From positions 1 through 41,373 of the forward strand of contig JBEDBL010000001.1 of the NCBI GenBank assembly GCA_041177245.1: a stretch of 41,373 bases of DNA. The letters run 5' to 3'. How positions within the stretch are numbered: position 1 is the stretch's first letter; each line of letters begins with the position of its first letter. A program made the position numbers and the translations under genes. A model generated the notes under the pieces. It was not told where the DNA came from and made no database searches. It saw only the letters and a list, made by a program, of their open reading frames with translations. This stretch comes from Verrucomicrobiota bacterium. GTDB lineage: Bacteria; Verrucomicrobiota; Verrucomicrobiia; Chthoniobacterales; JACTMZ01. This document shows, one piece after another, positions 33,337-41,279 of this stretch.

Positions 33337-34298
33337 GAAATAACCTCGGTCACCACACTCTCATTGAGGCTCGCCTTGCGCAGGTTCCCTCGTTCATCGA
33401 GAGGGAGAGCAAATCCGATGGGACGTACGTGGTCCTCGAAGCAGAGAGGCAAACCCCCGTCGTCTGCGGGCAAATCATCCTCGCTCTTGATCTGATAGTA
33501 AAAGTCCCCGCCGCCGGGTGGAGGAGTGTAGATGCCGTATCTTTTCCCGCCGCGCACCTTCGCTTTGCAACCCGTGTCGTCGTTGATGATGTCCGCGGCC
33601 ACCGGACGTGTCAGCATGGCTTGCTGCCACGCAAATCCGGAATCTTGAAATCGTGCGATCATGTCGTCCTCCGCACCGAGCGAGGAATCGAGCAACGGCG
33701 TTCCGCCGCGCGCCGTGCGCCAAGCACCGAGCGAACGCCAATAATCGGTGCGCGTGAGAGAAGGAATACCCGAAGCGACCACGCCGGGACGGCGCCAACC
33801 TGCAGTGTGCAGCGATCCAGGGCCTCGGACCACCCGCGGTCGTCTCAAACGCCGGCGCTTGAGATCGGCTACAAAAGGCACAAGATCCGCCGTCTGCCAT
33901 CCCCCATAAAATCGTCGCACTGTCCGGCGACGGAGAAAATTCAATCCCACGGATCCGATATCCGGATTTTTTTCCAAGGTCGCCACCAGACGCATCAGCC
34001 ATACGCCCTCCACCACGAACTGCATATCGTCCGGCCAAAGCAGCAGATAATCACCAGTGGCCCGATCCACGATCTCGTTCATCGCCTCCGCGTGGGTCTG
34101 TTTTTTGGACCACCGATGCGCAACCCAATCACATCCCGCCAAATAACCGGCCAAGCCCGGTTCTTCGGAAGCATTGTCGCTCACGATCCATTCAAGATTC
34201 TCGTAGCAGATGCAGCGGCGCGCCGATTCCAGCGTCGCACGCAGATAATGGAGACGGTTCCAGCTGAGGATCGCCACGGTGACGCGCGGCGTGTTCAT
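33333..34298 (-). CDS. Glycosyltransferase family 2
   Basis: VTVAILSWNRLHYLRATLES...WIVSDNASEEPG is followed by LLWPDDMQF (a DxD-like motif). The ATG overlaps the upstream stop (ATGA). Confidence 0.8.
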   Translation of the reverse strand: MNTPRVTVAILSWNRLHYLRATLESARRCICYENLEWIVSDNASEEPGLAGYLAGCDWVAHRWSKKQTHAEAMNEIVDRATGDYLLLWPDDMQFVVEGVWLMRLVATLEKNPDIGSVGLNFLRRRTVRRFYGGWQTADLVPFVADLKRRRLRRPRVVRGPGSLHTAGWRRPGVVASGIPSLTRTDYWRSLGAWRTARGGTPLLDSSLGAEDDMIARFQDSGFAWQQAMLTRPVAADIINDDTGCKAKVRGGKRYGIYTPPPGGGDFYYQIKSEDDLPADDGGLPLCFEDHVRPIGFALPLDERGNLRKASLNESVVTEVIS

Positions 34299-35065
34299 GA
34301 CGAAAAAAACGGTTTGGCATCGACCGTGATCGGTTCACCCCTGCGGTAATACTCGCGCTTCCAATGACCGGCGCCCGTCCATTTTCGCAACCATCCGCGC
34401 CAACCGGCACCATAGGTCTCCATAATGTTGGCCCGTGCTTGTGCGTCAGCGTCCCGCGAACTGCGCGGCAAAAAGCAAAGATGCAGGCAGCGCAAAGGGG
34501 AAGCGTACCAAGACATTTCTTCTTGGAGATTGCGCTTCATACCGTCGTCCCATCCCGGCGCGAATGCGATATGACCGCCGTGCAAGCGCTCGACCGTGTT
34601 GCCGTCCCAAGCCCGGATGGCGGCGAAGTTGTAAAGTTTCGTGATGCTGCGGCTGGGAGGTGAGGCATAGCCGCGCGCAGTGGTGCCATCGACTGAAGTC
34701 ACATGGAGCACATTGCCTTTCATTCTCCAGACACGCGTGAAATCGCCGCGATGAAGCATCGTTTTGAGCAAAACGAGACCTGCCGGGTCGTAAATCTCAT
34801 CACCATCGATCCCGAAGATCCATGTGTCGGTTCCGCAGAAAGGTTTGAGCAGTTCGTGGGATTCACGCGGATGATTCAAGCGGTGGACGGAGGCATGAGG
34901 GAAATCCGCAGCAATTTTGTCGAGAATGGCGGGTGTCCCGTCCCGCGAACCGTGGTCGCACAGAAAGAGGCGGTCACAGAATGCCGCCACGTTGCGAACC
35001 GCGCGATCGACATGGAGATCCTCGTCACGGACAAGGACAATTCCGACGATTCGTGAAGGCGCCAT
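34295..35065 (-). CDS. Glycosyltransferase family 2-like (GT-A fold)
   Basis: The start was set at MAPSRIVGIVLVRDEDLHVDRAV (ATG at 35065-35063), sharing 1 nt with the upstream stop. CDHGSRDGTPAIL and FGIDGDEIY (DxD) are present. Confidence 0.65.
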   Translation of the reverse strand: MAPSRIVGIVLVRDEDLHVDRAVRNVAAFCDRLFLCDHGSRDGTPAILDKIAADFPHASVHRLNHPRESHELLKPFCGTDTWIFGIDGDEIYDPAGLVLLKTMLHRGDFTRVWRMKGNVLHVTSVDGTTARGYASPPSRSITKLYNFAAIRAWDGNTVERLHGGHIAFAPGWDDGMKRNLQEEMSWYASPLRCLHLCFLPRSSRDADAQARANIMETYGAGWRGWLRKWTGAGHWKREYYRRGEPITVDAKPFFSS

Positions 35066-35619
35066 CAGTAGCCGATCCTGCGTCGCGCTTCTCCGGGTTC
35101 CACGACCCGGATCACGCGCGCCGGGTTGCCTGCAACAAGGGAGCACGAAGGAATATCGCCCACCACAACGCTGCCGGCGGCAACAATAACGTTGTCGCCC
35201 ACCGAGATGTTTCCGATGACGATACTGCCTGCACCGAGGAAAACATCCGAGCCGATCCGCGGCCGGCCGCTGGCGAAATCGTTGCCAACGGTGACACCAT
35301 GGAAAACGCAGAGATTCGTTCCAATCGCGGTAGCGTTCAGGATGATGCGACCCCAGTGCAGAAGGATAACTCCACCGCCAAGATCCGGGGTGAGAATTTC
35401 GAGTCCAGAGCGGCGCGAACTCCGGAGGTAAAACCGATGGCACAGAGCGCGCAGTGCGGAGGAATAAGCCGCCTCGGACCATCGGTGCCAGGCGAGACTT
35501 CTGTTTTGCGGCTCCGCCCAGAACAGCCTCCAGGCAGCGGCCCCGGTCAGGCCTCTCCGCCGGGCGCGACGCTCCACATCGGCACGCAGCAAATCGAGTT
35601 TAACGGGATCGAAAATCAT
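35065..35619 (-). CDS. Hexapeptide-repeat O-acetyltransferase (serine acetyltransferase/WcaB-like), second copy
   Basis: The start was set at MIFDPVKLDLL (ATG at 35619), overlapping the upstream stop (ATGA). Hexapeptide repeats are present: IGSDVFLGAGSIVIGNISVGDNVIVAAGSVVVGDIPSCSLVAGNPARV. Confidence 0.8.
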   Translation of the reverse strand: MIFDPVKLDLLRADVERRARRRGLTGAAAWRLFWAEPQNRSLAWHRWSEAAYSSALRALCHRFYLRSSRRSGLEILTPDLGGGVILLHWGRIILNATAIGTNLCVFHGVTVGNDFASGRPRIGSDVFLGAGSIVIGNISVGDNVIVAAGSVVVGDIPSCSLVAGNPARVIRVVEPGEARRRIGY

Positions 35620-36497
35620 ACGCGGCGTGATTGCCACCAAAAGGCAGGAGCCCCCTCGACAAAGAGTGCGTCGTTCTTGGCCGGCCCGATGTAGTGACGA
35701 CAGACAGCTTTCGCCCCGCGAAAGGAGTTCCAGCTGATTTCGTATTCGTCGCGCGGCAACAGCCCGCCCCGACCCCAAGCTGAGGCCCAGAGACCGAAAA
35801 TGGTTTGTTCCAAAAATTCATACTGCCTCGCGGTGGAGGCGCAGGTTTCGAGAAAACGATCGGCCAAGGCAAGATCTGCCGCGCGTTTTGGCATGAGATC
35901 AAGGCCGCTGTTCGCACGCTCGAGCATGCGCAGGTTCATGGAGGCTTCGATTTCGCCACGGGGATGGGAATATTTTTCTTTCTCGTCTTCCATGATCCAC
36001 ATTTCCTCGCTTGATCCGTCGATCCAGTCGAGCACGGCCGAAGGACGTCGAAAAAAAACGATGTCGCTGTCGATGATCAAGTAGCGCCCACCCGGAGCGT
36101 AGTGGCGTGTATCGAATACTTTGAGAAACCAGTTGTGGTTCGCCCGATGGCTGCGGCAGGCGGGAAAACCGGCCAAGGCCTCCGTTACATCGCGATCGGC
36201 CTCGGTGCGATTGATGACTACGGCGTCCGGAAAATGCCGCTGCAGGAGCCGATGGTCCTCCGCCGTAAACGATCCATCTTCATGAATGAAAGGATTCCAG
36301 CGCCGTCCGGTATGAAACTCCCAGCTGCGCAGGGCGAGCAAACCCATGGGCAGCATGGCGTGGCCGACGACCATGTGCACGCTGATCCCCGACTTGTCCG
36401 ACGGCCAATCGCCGCGCCGCGCTGCCGCCTGAGGTGCGAAATAATTTCGGCCGGCACTGATGAGTCCCTGACGGACGAAAGACGGAAGCAATTTCAT
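35616..36497 (-). CDS. Uncharacterised GT-A-fold, DxD-containing protein (GT8-like putative glycosyltransferase)
   Basis: The start was set at MKLLPSFVRQG (ATG at 36497), overlapping the upstream stop (ATGA). KVFDTRHYAPGGRYLIIDSDIVFF (DxD) and NSGLDLM resemble GT8 motifs. The family assignment is tentative. Confidence 0.5.
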   Translation of the reverse strand: MKLLPSFVRQGLISAGRNYFAPQAAARRGDWPSDKSGISVHMVVGHAMLPMGLLALRSWEFHTGRRWNPFIHEDGSFTAEDHRLLQRHFPDAVVINRTEADRDVTEALAGFPACRSHRANHNWFLKVFDTRHYAPGGRYLIIDSDIVFFRRPSAVLDWIDGSSEEMWIMEDEKEKYSHPRGEIEASMNLRMLERANSGLDLMPKRAADLALADRFLETCASTARQYEFLEQTIFGLWASAWGRGGLLPRDEYEISWNSFRGAKAVCRHYIGPAKNDALFVEGAPAFWWQSRRV

Positions 36498-37438
36498 TCT
36501 GCCGGGCGCCAGAGGTTCCAGACATTTCGGCAATAGTCGGGACGCAGGGGAAGGTGTCCGAGAAACCGAAGTTGTGCCGTTTTGATTCTGGCACGCAGGC
36601 ACCACGGACTTTTCACGCCAAGCTCGCGGGCCTGGTCGAGCAAGGGCGCGAGCAAGGCCCATTCCCGGGCTCTCCATGCCTGGGTCAACGCGTGGTCGAT
36701 CATTTTGCGCGGCGAGGTGCGAAGAAAGGCAGTGTCGAGTCCTTGATGAGCACACCAATCAAGGAATTTGCGCTGCAACTGCAGGCGATACCAAATCGAT
36801 GACGCTCTCTTTTGCCCAAGCGAATCCCCGTGGAAGGCCTTGTCGAGGATAATGGTATCGGTATGGGCAAAAGAGCGCGTCACCCCGCAACGCAGCCAGT
36901 ATTCGGCGTCCTCGACCTGGCGGAAGTTCTCGTCGAAGCCGCCGACCGCATCATTCAAATCGCGGCTGATCAGCGCACAACCCGCCGTGGCGATCGGGGT
37001 CCAATAGAATGCAGCTTCCGCCGGCAGAGGCGGTTCGCCGACCGCGTAGGGCCGGCTGTTCAAACGTGTTTCCGTTGGATCCTCGCGCCGCTGCACGGCA
37101 AACCCGTAGATCACTCCCGCCCCGGTGGCGACAGCTTGCCCCGAGAGTTTTTCCAAGGCGTCGGGGAAAAGCCGGTCGTCGGCATCAAGGAAAAGAAAAT
37201 GATCTCCGGTGGCCGCGGCAACGCCGGTATTGCGCGCGGCGGATAATCCTCCGTTCGGGCGCCGCACCAAACGCACCTTGTCCCCGAAGTGTCTCAAAGC
37301 CGAGGCCGGGTCGTCCGTGCTGCCATCATCGACCACGATGATCTCGTCGGCCGGTCGAGTCTGGGCCAAGACGCTCTCCACGGCGTCGGAGATCCATTGC
37401 GCCGAATTGTAGCAGGGAATGACGACGCTGATTTTCAT
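36494..37438 (-). CDS. Glycosyltransferase family 2
   Basis: MKISVVIPCYNSAQWISDAVESVLAQT..IIVVDDGSTDD is followed by GGLSAARNTG and FLDADD. Confidence 0.9.
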   Translation of the reverse strand: MKISVVIPCYNSAQWISDAVESVLAQTRPADEIIVVDDGSTDDPASALRHFGDKVRLVRRPNGGLSAARNTGVAAATGDHFLFLDADDRLFPDALEKLSGQAVATGAGVIYGFAVQRREDPTETRLNSRPYAVGEPPLPAEAAFYWTPIATAGCALISRDLNDAVGGFDENFRQVEDAEYWLRCGVTRSFAHTDTIILDKAFHGDSLGQKRASSIWYRLQLQRKFLDWCAHQGLDTAFLRTSPRKMIDHALTQAWRAREWALLAPLLDQARELGVKSPWCLRARIKTAQLRFLGHLPLRPDYCRNVWNLWRPAE

Positions 37439-38640
37439 CGCTTCTTTGCCATCAGTTGTCGCACCAGCGCGAGATAGGGCGCATAGGCTTTTTCCGGTGC
37501 GAAGTTTGCCGCGAAGTCGCGACCGGCTTCGGCTAAGGCCGAAGCCATGGCTGGATTGTCGGCTACGCGACGCAGAGCAGTCGCGAAGTCGTCATCGCTC
37601 GCGCACTGCAGGTAATCACGCCCCGCTTGCAAATCATACCCCCGCACGGCATAGGTTGTGGCAACCAGAGGCTTGCCGTGACTCATGGCCTCGAGAATTT
37701 TGGTCGAGACTCCGGTGCCGGATTCGACGGGAGAAATAAAGGCATCGCATTCCTTATATAGCGACTGCAATTCCGCCTGGCTCACCCGCCCCAAGGAATA
37801 GAAACCGTCCGCAGTTGGTTCGGCGCCCCCGCAGGATCCAGCGGCAACAAGGAGCCACGAATCTTGTGTTCGTTGGGCGATGCGTCGCAAGACGGCGATA
37901 GCGTCCACATTGGGTTGCAAACTACTGCCGACAAAGAACCCCATCTTTCCGCCGGCAGCGCGATGCTTCCTGATCTTTTTGAGGGCAGGAGTGACCAAAT
38001 AAGAGGAAGGCATATCCCGCGAGGACTCAAAAGCATGCGGGACAAATACCGCATCAATGCCGCCTCGTCTCAAGGCAGCTTGATCATCGCGCGATACGCA
38101 GAAAGTGGCATCGGCGGAGCGCCCGGCCGATATTTCCCGGCTCCACACTCTCCGCCGTAAAAAACCCTCGGGTAGCATATCGGAAAGGACATCGTGCAAA
38201 GTGAGCAGAACTGGAGGCCGGTCTTTTGGAGGAAGTTCGGACCAAAAAGCATACTCCAGCAAAATCACGCGCGAGTTTTTGGCCAGCTCCGAGATTTTAC
38301 GCCGCAACGAAGGTTTCAGACCGGCATCGATATAGTGCCACCATTGCCGGCGCTGCCTCGGCGAAGTAGATCGCTTCGTGGCGTGGTAGGTCAGCCCATC
38401 GTAGATCCGCCACAGAAAACCACCGGCGACCCGTTCCCAACGACTCGGAGACCAGCGGACATAATGAATCCCTTTTTCACACACCGAGCCATTTCGGTCA
38501 CCCGGAGAAAGAACGGTGACTCGATATCCTTCGGAAGCGAGCAAGCGGAGCAAAGGAACCAATCGGAGAGCCGATCCGCGATCGGTAGCAGGCAACCCGG
38601 GCCACGGATACAGAACAAGTATACTGTCCTCAGACCTCAT
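37435..38640 (-). CDS. Glycosyltransferase, GT4-like
   Basis: The start was set at MRSEDSILVLYPWPG (ATG at 38640), overlapping the upstream gene by 11 nt. The C-domain contains ISPVESGTGVSTKILEAMSHGKPLVAT. Confidence 0.75.
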   Translation of the reverse strand: MRSEDSILVLYPWPGLPATDRGSALRLVPLLRLLASEGYRVTVLSPGDRNGSVCEKGIHYVRWSPSRWERVAGGFLWRIYDGLTYHATKRSTSPRQRRQWWHYIDAGLKPSLRRKISELAKNSRVILLEYAFWSELPPKDRPPVLLTLHDVLSDMLPEGFLRRRVWSREISAGRSADATFCVSRDDQAALRRGGIDAVFVPHAFESSRDMPSSYLVTPALKKIRKHRAAGGKMGFFVGSSLQPNVDAIAVLRRIAQRTQDSWLLVAAGSCGGAEPTADGFYSLGRVSQAELQSLYKECDAFISPVESGTGVSTKILEAMSHGKPLVATTYAVRGYDLQAGRDYLQCASDDDFATALRRVADNPAMASALAEAGRDFAANFAPEKAYAPYLALVRQLMAKKR

Positions 38641-39892
38641 CTGTTGATGAGAATTCCGTGAGTTTCTCGACAAAGCGCCGCGCACTGAATTCGTGACTGT
38701 GTTTTTCCACTCCGAGCGCAGCTTTTGCCAGGAGCGCTTCGTGGCTCGAGGCAACCTCGGCGATGGCGCGCTTCAAGTTGTCGAGATCATCTTCGGGCAC
38801 GGCCAGATGTGCCGCATCGGATTGCACGGCCGTTTCGTGCATCCACGATTGCTCGGAGATTACGACGACCCTTCCGGAGGCCAGTGCTTCGCAGAAAATA
38901 CCGCTGGTTCGCACACCGTAGGTCTTTAGCCGGTAGGGCAGGAGCAGGACTGTCGTGCAGGCGAAGAGAGCGGCATACTCCTGCGCGCTATCGATGTTGC
39001 GGTCGACTATTTCGACATGCGGGAGTCGGGCTTCGCGTAACCTCTCCACCCAAGGACGCGAACCGTCGTCCGGACCTGCTGTCTGCACAATAAAACGCGG
39101 ACGGTTGTTCCAGTCTGCTGTGGCCAAGATTGCAGCTGCCACCACCGGAAATCCTTTGTCACAGCGCGGGCTTCCCAAGACTCCCAACACCGGAGCGGCA
39201 GCGGGCAAAGGCACCGATAGCTCCCGGATGGTTTTGTCCACGACATGGGGCAATATTCGAACCTTCCGCCCGAGCAACTGCTCGTAAGCTCCAAGCAACC
39301 GGGTGCTGTCCGTCAATGGCCGTAGACGTTTTGCGTTCGGGCTGTTGGTCAATTTTGCCCAAGCACTGCGAAAACCGCGGTGGGCGGCGAAACGCGACGG
39401 ATCGTAGGAAACATGAACAAACAACTCGGGGACTCCGGGACCTCGCTGGCCCGCCATCCAATCCGCCCATGCCGCAAGATGACGGGGGGTCATCATTTGG
39501 CCGAAGATCAGATCGTCGTTTTTCCACTCAACACCGCAGAAGGCCTTTCCGATTTCACGGCGGAATTGCCGCATCGTGACATGGTCGAGCCAGCGCAGAA
39601 TCCATGGTTTACGTTGAGCAAAGGGCGACGGTTGTGCGCGGGAGTCCCGAGGAAAGACCGTAAGGCATCGGTGCGGCGACATAAGGGATCCACCGAAACT
39701 GCGCTGGGCAAGAATGGTGGTCTCGAAACCCAGATCTGAAGCCGCATCGGCCAGCGCGCGGTTGTAAAAGAGATGATGACCAATGGCAGACTCCAAGCAC
39801 TGGTCAACGAGGACAAGCTGTCGGCGGCGAGGATACAAAATGCTGTCGCGGAGATGCGAAGGGTCAGAGGCGGAGAAAACGCCGGACGTCAT
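38630..39892 (-). CDS. Glycosyltransferase-like protein, GT-B fold (divergent)
   Basis: 420 aa. The C-domain contains LLLPYRLKTYGVRTSGIFCEALASGRVVVIS. The ATG at 39892 overlaps the upstream gene by 29 nt. Confidence 0.55.
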   Translation of the reverse strand: MTSGVFSASDPSHLRDSILYPRRRQLVLVDQCLESAIGHHLFYNRALADAASDLGFETTILAQRSFGGSLMSPHRCLTVFPRDSRAQPSPFAQRKPWILRWLDHVTMRQFRREIGKAFCGVEWKNDDLIFGQMMTPRHLAAWADWMAGQRGPGVPELFVHVSYDPSRFAAHRGFRSAWAKLTNSPNAKRLRPLTDSTRLLGAYEQLLGRKVRILPHVVDKTIRELSVPLPAAAPVLGVLGSPRCDKGFPVVAAAILATADWNNRPRFIVQTAGPDDGSRPWVERLREARLPHVEIVDRNIDSAQEYAALFACTTVLLLPYRLKTYGVRTSGIFCEALASGRVVVISEQSWMHETAVQSDAAHLAVPEDDLDNLKRAIAEVASSHEALLAKAALGVEKHSHEFSARRFVEKLTEFSSTDEV

Positions 39893-40982
39893 CCCAGCGT
39901 GCTTCCATCGTATGCGAGCTGGCCGTGATTTTGAGACATCTCTGACTCATTGTCTCCAACCGACCGGGTATTCCGTAAATGTCGACAAGCGCCTTCGCCA
40001 TGGCTCCCGGGGTGAAATCGGCAAGGATTACCCCGTTGTAATTCTGCTGGATAAGCTCCCACGCGCCCTTCAAGTCGAAACAGACCGGCACCGTTCCGCA
40101 AGCCATGGCCTCCTGTGGTGTCATGGGCCCCCCTTCCCCCCAGGGACTTTTGCCGATGTTCAAGGCCATGAACACACCGCAAGTTTGCATTTGTGCGATG
40201 ATTTCGCGCTCCACACCTCGTAGTTGGAAAAACTCGAGTTCCAATCCCGCCGATCGGATGGCATCGCGAATAGCGGCTATGTAGGAATCTGTATGTGTTC
40301 CCTCGTCGAAATATCCGACGCGATTCCGGATCCTGCTTTCCTCTTGGGGACGCCAGTGATTTTCGTCGACCAGCTGACGCAGAAGATGCGTCTGCCTTCC
40401 GAAGACGGCCATGTGCCATGTCTGCACCACGCGGTTGACGCCGGCCGTCTCCACGATTCGCCCCTTTCTCATCGCGCGGGCAAGCACGGGAAAATGACTG
40501 CGCGAAGAAGCGGCCAACTCCTGATCCCAGAAATGAAACTTCGGGCAATGGCGTAGAAATGCGTCTGCTTTCATCCACGAGGTCACGCATCGGGCATCGG
40601 GTGCATCGGCGAGTTTGCGACGGAACTCTTCGATCGACAAAAACGGCGCGTGTTCGGCCAGCCAGTCGGCATGGCCGCCGTCCGTGCTCACCATCCATGC
40701 CTCATATCCGTGCCTTCTTAGGATGAGCACGAGATTATTGAGAAGTTTTTCCCCTCCGCAAAACTTGTGGCTTCCCCGGAGATCATCGCCTGCGGCATAC
40801 GAGACGAAAATGACGGGGAGTTGGTCCGAAGTTGCTGTGCTTGGCCGAGATCCTACAGGGTTAGATCTTATCTTGATCAACCGACCGCAGTCCTCTCTCA
40901 ATCCGTTAAAACAGCGGCTTAAAGCGATCCCAAGATTGGTCAGCGCCACTCGTGTGCTTTTAAGACGGCTATCGGCTTTCAT
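39864..40982 (-). CDS. Glycosyltransferase, GT4-like; first gene of the long minus-strand operon
   Basis: 372 aa. An EX7E region is present in WGEGGPMTPQEAMACGTVPVCF. The ATG is at 40982. Confidence 0.7.
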   Translation of the reverse strand: MKADSRLKSTRVALTNLGIALSRCFNGLREDCGRLIKIRSNPVGSRPSTATSDQLPVIFVSYAAGDDLRGSHKFCGGEKLLNNLVLILRRHGYEAWMVSTDGGHADWLAEHAPFLSIEEFRRKLADAPDARCVTSWMKADAFLRHCPKFHFWDQELAASSRSHFPVLARAMRKGRIVETAGVNRVVQTWHMAVFGRQTHLLRQLVDENHWRPQEESRIRNRVGYFDEGTHTDSYIAAIRDAIRSAGLELEFFQLRGVEREIIAQMQTCGVFMALNIGKSPWGEGGPMTPQEAMACGTVPVCFDLKGAWELIQQNYNGVILADFTPGAMAKALVDIYGIPGRLETMSQRCLKITASSHTMEARWDDVRRFLRL

Positions 40983-41048
40983 CGAAAAATATTTTGCTGC
41001 AGCTAAACTAGGGCCGCGCAGAGCTTGGCCGCGGCGACGCTACTAGGC

Positions 41049-41279
41049 TTACCGGTGGATATCACTCTGTCCGCGCCACAAAAACGTGCCGACATCGCCA
41101 CAAATAGTTTCATGGATCAGCTCGAACGAAGATCCACGCGTTTCTGTAAAGTGCCAGATTTGCGTATATGGCTTGCGCGGGACTTTACGGTGGGCACGCC
41201 AATCCTGCATCACGATGAGTGTAACGTCCTTGATGAAGGATGGAGAAAAGTGATCCAGCCCCCGAAAACTAGACAGTGT
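41049..41279 (-). pseudogene. Possible 3' remnant of a gene truncated by the IS insertion (function unknown)
   Basis: The track ORF 41049..41348 crosses the putative IS end at 41280. The portion outside the IS (about 76 aa, ...GLDHFSPSFIKDVTLIVMQDWRAHRKV...) has no upstream start of its own and lies in a lower-GC stretch. Confidence 0.2.
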
